Below the pieces are notes generated by a model. The model did not search any database. It saw nothing but the letters and a program-made list of their open reading frames with translations, and was not told where the DNA came from. A stretch of DNA of 64,000 bases, taken from NCBI GenBank assembly GCA_010093815.1, contig ML996580.1. One strand, written 5' to 3'. Below, piece after piece: positions 50,148 through 62,058 of this stretch; the stretch's first letter is position 1; the number at the start of each line of letters is the position of its first letter. Both the position numbers and the translations under genes were made by a program. The DNA comes from Pseudovirgaria hyperparasitica (taxonomy: Eukaryota).

Positions 50148-50993
50148 TTTTTCCTTCGTTGAAGAGAATTAATTATTATATTGGAGCTTGAATATTGCTC
50201 TGTGAGGCGGGCAAAATTTAGCACGTCTTATGGCACATGCTCGAATAGTGACATCAGAGATAGTTCGATTCGCTAATATCACATTGGGTCACTCTCTTGT
50301 CTGTTGTGCTTAAAATCCTACGGCTCGCAACTAGGTACCTCGCAACCCCGCTTTGTCAGAACTCGCTAAAACAATCGGATCAGATCTTACTAGAGCTTAA
50401 AGATGTTCCGAACCATTCCTACTTATCCCTGCAACAGGGGTTTACGGGTAGTCACCCACCTGATCCCGGTACAACCTCCTGCGTCCGATAAGCACCAACA
50501 TATGCCTAACCTACAGATGTGGCTTTTACCACAGGCAGAATGGAGCCATATCTTTGTGACCGGACTCTAGAACGAAGATTTGCGTATAGCATCTAATTAG
50601 TACTGAGACGGGCCCTCCCTTTCTAGTCTCTTGTACCTGTACATATAATATCATACCCGCAGATCGTCGGACAGTTCATGGGTTCTGGATAAACATTAAT
50701 TTGAGCCTAGATCGTTACCGAGCTGGAAACAGGGGGATAATTTTTCGTAGGTATATGTGTGTTCATGTAACCTCTTCTGCCAACAATCTAGTAAGAGCGC
50801 ACAACGGGGACGGGCATATCGCCCAGCTCTATATTATTCATAGGACAAACTCACTTCAATGACGTCATTTCTAACATAAAGCTTACTTGGTAAATTTGGA
50901 TCCACTCGTCTCAAACTTGAATCAGACAATTTTAACGATGCTCGTATATGCGATGTCTTTACCATCAGGGTATCTCAACATAGACCATGACCT

Positions 50994-52720
50994 CTACAAT
51001 AACGTAAGCACCACCGCCAAAATCGTGCCGAGTAACACTGCTGGTGTCATTCTGAGTCTATCAGATCCTCCTTCGTCACCACCGTTACCCGTGTTGGCAT
51101 CTGAGCCGCCGTCATTGTTTCCAGGAGTGTTGGCACTCTCGTCGGACAAAATCTTGAGCTGGAAGTTAACCTCGTTGCCATTGGTGCCGTAAACCTTCAT
51201 CGGCAGCGATGTTGCAGTAACCTCGACCAGTTTGCCTATTTGTGGGTTGCTAACACCATTCCGGATCATATCTGCAACGCCGTCTGGTTGTGATGGGATA
51301 TCGAAGCTTTTGCTGAACGCACTATTCGTGATCAAGTCGTCTGAGCAGGTAGGAGCTTGAAGAGATGTGGCAGTACCGTTGGCAGACTCTATCAAAGTGA
51401 TATTTAGCTGGCTGTATTGAGATTCAAGATTGTCGAAGTCAGTCCGGAGGTTGACAGTGCGATCAGAGTGGATCACCACAAGACCATAGTCCGCTTCTTC
51501 TTGCGAGTACCTAGAATAAGTTTAGTCAACCATCTAGTCAAGGGCTCGGCTGACTCACTCGTATACTAGACCTCCGCTCAAAACTGTCATCTGTGGACCA
51601 TATAGAGCTTGAACTTCATCAAACACCCTGGGCTTGACCTCATTGCAGCCATATTCCGAGAAGAAGACTGGGACCGTCGTATTCGAAAACATCGTGACCA
51701 GATCGTCGTATCCAGAAGTGTCGAAAGTTGCATCACCTCCGCACCAGGAATAGGAGTTCAGACCGAAAAAGTCAGATCGGGTTTGGTCGTTCTGGTCACC
51801 GTCGATAGCGCACTGCAGATACTCCCAGCTGTCCTGAAGGATCTCGCGGACGTCAGCAGCCGAGTATCCGACTGGTATAGTTCTTTCAGCATGATTGGCA
51901 ATATACTGCTTCAAGTCACGTTGGACGGCCTGCAAATTTCAACTTATTGTTCGTCGCATCCATTGAATACAAAGCTTACCCGTATATATGGCGGATTGTC
52001 GGCGGATGTCCCGACGTCATTCATGACTTCGTTCGCAGCGAAGAAGCCGAGGGTGTTCGGAAAGCCTTTGAACGCTTCAACGACACGGAATACTCGTTCG
52101 AGATAGCCGACATGATAGGAGCTACTAGGATTCGAACGATCAATGCTCTCTCCGCCGAATGGGGAGTTGACATCCTAGATATCAGTGTCAGTCGTATGCA
52201 ACACGAAGCTATACTCACTCGTACCATGAGTATATATATACCAGCTGCATTAAAGATACTCGCGCACTTGTCGTGGTTTAATGAGGGGTCGATATTGTAC
52301 ACTCGGATAGTGTTGACCTATAGCGCAATGATCAGCATTTTCATCGCTCAATCCAGCAGTTTGAACATACACCCAGATTCTGCATGACAATCGCATCGCG
52401 CAAGCACACATCACCATCACTGACAGGGTTAGAACATTCTGAGGAAGAAAGGAGAAGATACGGTCTCACGTGAGCGCATCTGAGCCTTCTTGTGGCTTAT
52501 ATCCAGCCTGACCACCAGGCTGATAGTCTACACCAAGAAGCATGAATCGCGACCCCGTGGAAGCGATGACAAACTCCTGCTGGCGAACTTCGACAGGTCT
52601 GACAGCATCGGCGACGCCCAATGCCGCTGCAATGACTGCAACGAATCGCAGAAGCTGTTTGAAACGAATGTCAGCTCACGTAGTCATAGTGGTCGATGAC
52701 ATGAAACTTACAGCAGACAT
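50994..52720 (-). CDS. GPI-anchored 1,3-beta-glucanosyltransferase, GH72 (Gel2/Gas3-like, no X8/CBM43 domain)
   Basis: Signal peptide after a 3-codon first exon. Motifs GVDYQPGG, CLRDA, NTIRVYN, FFAANEV, PVGYSAAD, FFGLNSYSWCG and VFFSEYGCN; hydrophobic GPI tail. About six introns. Confidence 0.93.
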
Positions 52721-53364
52721 TCTTAAGTCAAGCGTATTGCAAGATGAAATACCCGATTATGATACTATGAGTCGCTTCGATTCTGCCGCCAGCGCCGCTC
52801 CCAGGAGGGAGGCCTGCTATAAATGAGTGACGTGCTATTATCACCTTAATTTTACTCCAATATTGCCGTCTGTAGCAAAGTGAATGTGTACGGAGAGCGA
52901 GTGAAAGTTGATGTTTGGCAATCGCAAGACAAACGAGCGACGACGATGTGAGAGAAGTAGTCCGGGACGAAGCCAGGGAGGAAGGCGTGAATTGATTAGA
53001 TCCGTGTTCCGCCCAGCTGTTCCAGATTGCTTTCCTTGCGGGAAGGCGTATGGCTGCCAAGTGGCCAAGCGGCGGGGGGCGCGGTGGACATTGTGATTGA
53101 TGGATGGATGTCGCTATCGATTGTCGCTATCGTCGCCGCTGCAGCACTAGCTTCTAACTTTGAAAGGACATGTTTCGTCTTTGATGAATCAGGAATGTCA
53201 TGGTCCGGGCGTGTTTGATGTAGTACACCAAGACATGGGTATGCGGCCACATAGTGGCCTCTCAACCACTCGACTATTTGATACATACCAAGGCTTACAT
53301 TGCCACTCACGGAAATCTGGCAGAACATACACGCTATTGGCAATGAACACTGCCACCTTTGCTT

Positions 53365-54642
53365 TCATTCTTTGCCTCCAAGATATCTATAGACGACAGA
53401 AAAGTCTTTGCCTGCGCAAGTCGAATCCGCCTGTACTGCATCATAGACCTTGGCTGCTTCCTTTCCTAAAACAGTCTTAACTTCATGTTCTTCACAAGCC
53501 TTCAAGGCCAGTCTCAGGTCTTTGTTGGCCAGCGACACTCCAAATCCCCCCTCGTAGCCCCTGCTCGCGGGAGAGCCTTCGATAACGCCAGGAACAGGAT
53601 TATTGACTTCACTTGGCCAGCATCTACCAGTGCTAATGTTAATCATGCCAGCTAAGGCCTTCGGATCAAGTCCCCACTTCACACCCATATGCATAGCCTC
53701 AGCAGTCGCGATGTTGTTCAACGCGAGTAGATAATTGTTGGCAAGCTTTCCCTTGAGACCAGATGTCGGCGGTCCGAGGTGGAGGACCTTCTTTCCCATC
53801 AGGGACAAGATCTCTGTGGCACGCTCGACCAGTTCGTCCGGAGCTCCGATCATGAAGGTAAGTGTGCCGGCGCGCGCACCAACAACGCCGCCTGACATAG
53901 GTGCGTCAATGAACTTGCCTTGTTGAAAGGCTGCTCGAGCGACCTCTGCAGATGTCATGGGATCTATCGTTGAGCAGTCGATGAAGAGGCGACCTTTGGA
54001 GATACCATCATTCAATAATGTCGGAGGCTCCAGCATTGACTTGTAGACGCCAAGCACATGACTTGGCTCTGGTAGAGCTGTGATGATAGTTTCCTGAAAC
54101 TTGTTAGGAACGAGTCCGCTTATGCAGTTGTCAAGACGAAGATCGGGTGTGTTAATGTTCAGAGGATTGGCTATATGATAGAATAGAATCATGACAGGAT
54201 TGCGTGAGCAAACCCAACTTAGTCATTAATGGTACTTGGGAAAATCACATTCATCATAAAATAGAAGTAAAAGAGGTTGAGGTAACATACCGATTTCTCT
54301 GCAACCTCTCTCACATCCTTGGCGACGGTCAAACCTTCACTGCCAATTTCTTGCAACAGGCCGGCTGTTGCTTTGGCGTTGATATCGTGCACGAAGAGGT
54401 GGTCATCCTTCGGGAGCTTTGCGCGTAGGTTCTTAGCCATAGGATATCCTGAGCTTATCAGTCGAATGCTCTTTTGAGCGTCACATGATTCGCGTCAATT
54501 TACCCATACGACCGAGTCCAATGAAGCCCCAATTGGCATGTGGGCTCGGTGAGGTCGAGAACGGCTTCTGTGAGACTTTACTTGCCACGAACGGCGTGCT
54601 TGGCCGTACGGCTGCTCCAAATAGTGATGCCAGTACCCTCAT
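53365..54642 (-). CDS. 3-hydroxyisobutyrate dehydrogenase, mitochondrial (valine catabolism)
   Basis: Presequence-like MRVLASLFGAAVRPS; WGFIGLGRMG|YPMAKNL; IDCSTI; DAPMSGGV; KLANNY. Introns ~54503-54449 and 54290-54094. Confidence 0.93.
54154..54262 (-). ncRNA. Intronic box C/D snoRNA
   Basis: Inside the 197-nt intron 54290-54094: box C ATGATGA (54257-54251), D'-like ATGA (54226-54223), C'-like ATGATT (54192-54187) and box D CTGA (54162-54159), preceded by AGCCAATCCT. Confidence 0.8.
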
Positions 54643-55277
54643 TTCGTTGCTTCAGATGACTGGAGTCGAGGCAGGCGGGTGTTGGCAAAGAGAGGTACGA
54701 GTAATACGAGGCCTGACAAAACCCCCCGATCGTCCTTCCTTGGGCCTTAAGCCGAGGTCACCCTGCCACAGGCGGCACAGCAAATGCGTCTGCCTGCATA
54801 GGTAGGTTACAGCGGACCGAACCGCTGCGGTATTATGTCTTCATCCCAAGGAGACGTCTCTGTTCAAATGCTTCAGCAGAAGCAAGTACTGTTACATTTG
54901 AGTTGTTGTCAGGATGGAGGATGAAAAGCGAACGAAGAATTTGCAGCGGTGAGGGAACAGCGACAATCTCCGCACGTGCCACATAGGCGTGTTTGCCGAG
55001 GATTTGAGGCCTGAGGCACTCATTTCATTCTTCCGGAATTAAATAATGAGAAAATATCAAGGTCACTTCTTCGATCTATCAACGGCAAAGTATACGCAGG
55101 ACAGTCGAGACTCTTGAATCCATAGTGTCGATTCCGCATGAACCCTGATTTTTCATCTCACAATGCATTGCCATGATTGCCAGCCGTGATCATGTAATAT
55201 AACGCCATTGCTATGCAACCGTTTTCCGATTCTACGTCCCGCTGAAATGCTTATCACACCGACATAAACATCCATCC

Positions 55278-56462
55278 TCAATCTACCTGTACAACTTCGC
55301 TGGGTACCTGAGCTTTCGCAGGTTTTTGGGGCTTCTCCTTCCCGTCGGAATCGTCCGAGTCATCAATGTTTCGCATTTCCTTCTTTGTCAACGGCTTTTT
55401 TCTTGTGCGACCACTGGGATCTACACGTGGGGCACTGATTGCTTCCAGGTACTGTTCGTTGTTCAATGAGGAGACCAGTTTCGGATGGTCCGGGCCATCG
55501 GCGTCCTTGTGAAGGAATAACTTTTCTGAGTACTCAAGATATGCATCCCCATGCTAAATTCTGTTAGAAAGAAATTGATTAATATGTGCAATGATTTTAC
55601 CTCTTCATCATGATATTTCAGTCGTGTCCATGTGTCCTCTTTGGCCTTCCTGAGGTATTCCTTGGTTGAAGCCATGTCTACGTTGTCTCCATCGAAAGAT
55701 TTGATTGACATTTGGACAGATCGTGGCTCGGCAGCTTTGGCGTTCTCCGCTGCTTCTCGACGTCTATTAGACTGCTCTAGATAGCTTGCAGCATCAACAT
55801 GGTGGAATTGAGGACGCATTTGTACAACGCCAGTAAGCTTTGACAGGTGAAGCTCATCTGCTGTGGTTAGAGTAGTTCATATAGAGAAGCGTCAATAAGA
55901 CTTACTTTCTCGAAATGCTCCGAGCATATACATGGGCTTACCCTCTTGCTCTTTCAGTATCTGGCCCCCCAAAGTATGCTTGTTGTAAACGCGGCCGGCA
56001 CGATTGGCTTCTGGAAAACGTTCTACCATGCGCTCAATGTCGCCTTCTGGATCCGCACTCGTCGTTGTACGAGCTAGCCCGCGAGGAATCGGCATACGAT
56101 CAAACCCAGCGGTGGCGCCGAATGTGCTCTGGCCTTCATCCTTTGCCTGCTTCAACGCCTCTCCCCACCGCACTCCCTTCGTCTTGTCAAATTTCGAGCT
56201 TAATTCGATGGGTACGTCGACCTCGACAAAGCCTGCCTTCTGCTTGATACGCATTTCCAAGGGTTCCGTGTCATTGTTGGCATTATAGGGAAGGTCCTTA
56301 TGTCGATTGGGATACTGCAAGAGATACAGTTGCTCACTGATCTCTTTTGTAATGAATACATCATACTCTGCGATGACAGGATCATCGTCTGCCGATGGCG
56401 CTCCTGTTGATCTTTGTGAGCTTGTGGCATCCAATTTTCTTTTCTTTTAACATACCTGGCAT
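55278..56462 (-). CDS. RPC37: RNA polymerase III subunit RPC5/Rpc37 (Sin_N domain)
   Basis: Motifs DDDPVIAEYDVFI, LYLLQYPNR, HTLGGQ, YMLGAFR and QMRPQFHHVD. Introns 56455-56404, ~55905-55861 and 55600-55561. Confidence 0.88.
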
Positions 56463-56753
56463 ATTTCCAAAGCTATGTTGTCAGCTCAATAGCTGAGTCG
56501 CAAAAAAGTTTAGAGCTCTTCCTGGTCCGCGCGCGGGGCTGCCGATTAGGAGGATAAAGGGCGGAGTAGCGCGCGTCATGTCGCGCGACGACCGTCTAAA
56601 GTCCGAGCGGGTAGCTTAGCTATAGTATAGTTCTGTTGCCCCACGACTTCAAGGTCCCGAGTAGACGACTTTATATTGCTCCCGCTGGGTAAATTCAACC
56701 TTTTGCTACCAGATGTTTGCCTTATAAAGCTGTAAACTTGAATCTTCTCCACA

Positions 56754-59700
56754 ATGGCGTACATTGCACCGATACACCGGCCTAGCAGTGTTCGCCATGC
56801 GTTGAAGTTGAACTTCCTCAGCCATGAGGAAGAGTCCCTAGTGGTCGCGTAAGAGATTCTTGCTGTCAAATTTTGGGGTCTCACTGACTTTCCGGCTATA
56901 GCAAGGCGAATCGTATCGAGATCTATTCGCTCACACAAGATGGCCTTCTCTCACTGCAACACAGCAAGGCTCTCTATGGCAAAGTTACTATACTTCAGAA
57001 GATACGCCCGGAGTCCTCGCCCACCGACCACCTCTTCATCGGTACGGACCGCTATATGTACTTCACAGTGTCATGGGATCCCGACTCGAGACAGCTGAAA
57101 ACAGAAAAGAGCTATGTGGATCTAGCAGACAGATCAGCACGAGAGTCGCAGACAGGCGAACGATGCTTGGTAGACCCAACATTAAAAGTCATGACTTTGG
57201 AGATCTTTGAGGGTATCTTGACCGTTTTACCTATAGTCCAGAAAGTTAGAAAGAAAGGACTACCAGGCGAATTAGGCTCTTTGTCAGAACCTATACAATA
57301 TCGCATAAGCGAAATGTTTGTACGATCATCAGCTTTCTTATATCCGCGGTCGCAAAGCGATAAGCCGACGATAGCACTGCTATATGAAGACACACTTGGA
57401 AAAGTACGTCTGAAATTACGAGAGATCCGGTACCCACCTACGATACCCGACGGGGACACTGGGTCTGGCGAGCTAGACATTGTGGAAGGTATTGATGAGG
57501 AACTTGAATTGGGAGCCAGTCTTCTTATACCGGTCGCGGCACCCTCTTGTAAGACCACTCCTGCTCAGGCGGGTCAGTAGCTGACAGTATCAGATGGACT
57601 ACTAATTATAGGCGAAACATCAATTATGTACTACAGCGGCAACACAAAAGAGGTGACTAGGCAGGCTCTAGATGAAGCTACGATATTTGTAACATGGGAG
57701 CAAATCGATAGTCAGAGGTTTGTTCTTGCGGACGATTACGGGCAACTTTACTTGCTGATGCTTGTCGTCGAGGACGACGAAGTCGTGGACTGGAGGTTAG
57801 ACAATCTGGGAGAGATCTCCCGGGCTTCGGTTTTGATCTATCTAGATGACGGCAACCTATTTGTTGGCTCGCACCAGGGCGATTCGCAAGTCGTCAAAAT
57901 CTCGGAACGGAACCTTGAGATCATACAGACATTCGCTAATGTAGCGCCCATCCTCGACTTCACGATTATGGACATGGGCAATCGTTCTGGACAGGGTCAA
58001 AGCAGCGAATACTCTTCAGGACAAGCTCGTATTGTCACTGGTAGCGGCGCTTATCAGGATGGAAGTCTACGAAGCGTGAGGAGTGGTGTAGGTCTCGAAT
58101 ATCTTGGAGTAGTCGGCGAAATGGACCATATATCCGGGCTTTTTAGTTTGTCATCAGACCAACAATCACCACAGGCTGATACCATATTGGTGGCATTCAT
58201 CGATGAGACTAGGATCTTTCACTTCAGTCCTGACGGAGAAGCCGAAGAGAAAGACGAATTTAAAGGCCTGGTCCTGTCGGAGAGCACTCTTCTGGCCCGT
58301 AATCTGCCCCACGGGCGCTTGCTTCAGGTGACCAGTAGTGCTGTACGCATTACAGACCTGGATAGTGGCATGGTGACGTCTGAGTGGAAATCTCCATCCA
58401 AGATCACGGCTGTCGCAGCAACTGATGAAAGTCTGATCGTTGCTCTTGGCGGCATCGCACTGGTCAGTCTGCAATTGAAAAACGAGATACAGGAGCAGGC
58501 GAAACAGACCTTCTCCGAGGATGACCAGGTAGCATGTATTGCTTGCTATGGTGGTGTGTGCTTTGTTGGATTCTGGCAAGGAGCTCGAGTGGCCGTGCTA
58601 GATACCACGTCACTGAAGAGCATCAAGTCTGTGTCGGTGGCTGAAGACTCTGTTCCCAGAGCGCTGCTCGTCGCACAGATGTTCGCAAATCAACCGCCGA
58701 CACTATTCGTGGCTATGGCTGATGGAAATGTCCTCACCTTCTCTGTAAATCCCCAAACCCATGAGCTCTCTGGCCGGAAAGCGATCGTTCTTGGTACCCA
58801 ACAAGCCAACTTCACTCCGTTACCCCGGGGAGATGGACTGTTTAATGTTTTCGCAAGTTGTGACCACCCCAGCCTGATATACGCATCAGAAGGGAGGTTG
58901 GTGTACTCCGCAGTGACGGCTGAGAATGCCACCTCAGTATGCGCATTTGACTCAGAGGCATTTCCGGAAGCTATCGCGATTGCAACTCCAGAAGAACTTA
59001 AATTAGGCCTAATCGATAATGAACGAACAACACATGTACAGACGTTGCAAATCAATGAGACGGTGCGCCGCATCGCATATTCTCCCTCCTTGAAGGCTTT
59101 TGGCATGGGTACGATCAAGCGAAATCTCAAAGACGGTGTGGAATCTATACAGAGTCATTTTCAATTGGCAGATGAGATCTTGTTCCAGAAGCTGGATGCA
59201 TACGCTTTAAACCCTGACGAGCTAATTGAGAGTGTCATGAGATGCGAGTTGGATGATGGCGCTGGCCAGACGGCTGAACGTTTTGTTGTGGGAACGGCGT
59301 ATCTCGACGAAGAGCGAGCTGAAGCTACCCAGGGAAGGATCCTGGTGCTTGAGGTCACAGAAGATCGAAGGCTAAAGGTTGTTCTGGAACACGCTTTGAA
59401 AGGTGGTTGTCGCTGTCTCGACATGGTTGACGGAAAGATAGTCGCGGCGCTGATCAAGACTGTAAGTTCGATTTCCTTGGAAGAACTTTAGCATACTGAC
59501 TTTTGACACAGGTCGTTGTCTTCGCTTTCGAATATTCAGCTCCAGGAACACCACAACTAGTCAAGAAAGCAAGCTACAGGTGCTCTACAGCACCAATTGA
59601 TCTTTACGTATCTGGCACTACCATAGCGATTGCGGATCTCATGAAGAGCATCACGATTGTCGAATTCAAACAAAAAGATCTCGGTCTACCTTGCACATTA

Positions 59701-60325
59701 TCAGAGATCGCTCGCCACTTCTCTACCACATGGGGTACAGCCGTTGCCGAAGTCGATGAAAACGTGTATCTCGAGAGCGACGCCGAGGGAAACTTGATTG
59801 TACTCCACCGAGACTTGGATGGTGCAACTGCGGACGATCGCCGGAGATTGCGCGTGACCAGTGAGATCCTCCTCGGTGAGCTAGTCAACAGGATAAGGAG
59901 GATCGATGTTGCGACGACAGGTGAAGCCCCCGTGATCCCCAAAGCATTCCTAGCCACGGTAAGTGCCAGGCATAACACAATCCCATGCCACCATCCGTAT
60001 CCGAACGCACTAAGACATACGACAGGTCGAGGGCTCAATCTACCTCTTCGCACTCATCCACCCATCGAAGCTGAATCTCCTCATCACGCTCCAGAACAAC
60101 CTCGCCGAATGCGTTCAGACACCCGGCAACGTCCCCTTCAACAAGTTCCGCGCCTACAGGACACAAGTCCGCGACACCGAGGAACCATTCCGCTTCGTCG
60201 ACGGCGACCTCATCGAGCGCTTCCTCGACTGCAGCCCCGAAGTCCAAGAGACTGCCGTACAAGGCTTGGAGGCCAACGTCGAAGAAGTTCGGTCTATGGT
60301 GGAAGCGCTGCGACGTCTGCATTAG
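56754..60325 (+). CDS. DDB1: DNA damage-binding protein 1 (CUL4 adaptor)
   Basis: Start MAYIAPIHRPSSVRHA; motifs FVGSHQGDSQ, GSGAYQDGSLRSVRSGVG, FVVGTAY, IADLMKS and FRFVDGDLIERFLD; ends RRLH*. Four introns (56848-56900, ~57548-57593, 59462-59511, ~59958-60026). Confidence 0.95.
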
Positions 60326-61569
60326 GCAGGACAGACGAAATGCGCGAGGCCCCATCGCCCCAAACCAACCAAAAGTACATACAATGAGCAGCTGCTAAGA
60401 AGAAACAGATAATTGCAACAGGTCGTTTGCATCTAGCAGACCCTGCTAGCTCCTTCTTCCTCATCCTTCTCGCCCCAAGTCTGGCTTGAAAATTGTATCA
60501 CACTTCACTACGTAACTTGCGTCTCCCAATTTGTCCCAGCAACACGGCATAGCGCGTCCTTGCCTTTGCACAATCACCTTCCAGTCTTGCCTACTGGAGA
60601 TAGTCTGCCAATCCTCATACCAGACCACATTACCATGCCGTACTCGATACACCTTAAACCCCCCTCCCGCCCCTGCCAATACATACCTATCCACATTCCC
60701 AGCTCTTCCATCATTCCCATCCATGAAAACCCACACGAAAAATAAATTACCACCACGATCCGTAAAAGTAACCCTCCTCAGCAGAATAGAGAGAATTAAG
60801 AAAATATGCCCCCAAAAAATGTCACTTACCCCTTTTTTTCCCAAATTTCGGGTCGTTGGAGGACAGGACGAGGACAGGACAGGACAGAACAGGACAAAGG
60901 ATAGAAAAGTGAAGTTCTTTTCAAAGACATCAGAATTGTGATCTTGGATAGATTCAAATGAAAACAAACCATATAAACGTAAAGAAATAATACCTCACCA
61001 TTATACTGTAGTAGCAGTGTTGATTCTTTTTCTTTTCTTTTTCTTTACATGTTAAAAAAAGCCATCGTGTGAACCACCCAGCCCCCAACCCAAGCACACA
61101 CATCAGCAAAGTAGCTCGTTTCGGACATAAGAGAGGAGAGAATAGATGATGATGGTGGGAATATCAAAGTGTGTGTGTGTGTGTGTTTGCACCGGCCTAG
61201 CCTGGCCCGGCCTAGCTGAGCATCTCTGAAACGAACGGCCAGGGAAGAGGGGGGGCAAGGGGGGCAAGGGAAAGAATCCCATCAGAATACAATTCAAGAG
61301 AGAAGCAGTCATCGAAGGCCGCAGAATCGACACGCGTAGGCATGTAGTATATAGATGTCAGGCGCAATCACATTTATTAGTCAATGCACGATACGATACA
61401 TACACACGCACCAGCAACAACAACAACAATCAAACAACAGCAAATCTAATGATTACACAATCTAGGTAATATGCTAACTAGCAATCCAGCCATTAATAAA
61501 CAAACAAACAAAATCGAAACCAAGAAACTATATCAACAAACGAAAAACAACCCCAAACAACCCCCAACA

Positions 61570-61608
61570 CTCCCTCTCCCTCTCCCTCTCCCTCTCCCTC
61601 TCTCCCTC
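61570..61608. repeat. (CCCTCT)n simple repeat within a microsatellite-rich convergent intergenic / 3'-UTR region
   Basis: Direct reading. Nearby (GT)n at ~61168-61184, (AAC)n at ~61415-61428 and (CA)n at ~61700-61722. Confidence 0.9.
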
Positions 61609-62058
61609 ATAGCAACAAAGCATCGAGTTTAACAAAAAAAAACACGACCCATCATTCAGGACACAAGACCGACTTAGATGTCTGACTGTCTGACTGGATC
61701 ACACACACACACACAGACACACAGAGAGAGATGGTATAAATAGACATATCGCCCCGTCGAACAATGAAACGCTCAGGAAACGCCCGGAAATGCAAAAAGT
61801 CTCGCACACGTGGATGCACGTGTATGTGTATGTGAATGTGAATGTGAAAGTGTGATATGCGAGACTGCCGTTGACCCCGCCCTGCGCCAATGGGAAAAAG
61901 ACCGTACGTGACGTGTGTGAAATATCCATCATGCTCGCTCAAGTGCTGTACAAATTGAAGAAGGGTCAGGCGTTGTTGGGATTGGGGGGACCGATAATCA
62001 TCTATCAGCCAAGTCTTTCTTCATCCATTCTTTCCATCATCATCATCATCAACCACCA

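Noticed and set aside
54094..54192. N-terminus MILFYHIANPL... of the 275-aa HIBADH ORF
   Set aside because: Read-through of intron and snoRNA sequence; the true exon starts at 54093.
60461..61942. Several 60-170-aa ORFs between DDB1 and dynein
   Set aside because: Microsatellite-rich convergent 3'-UTR/terminator region; translations are low-complexity with no motifs.
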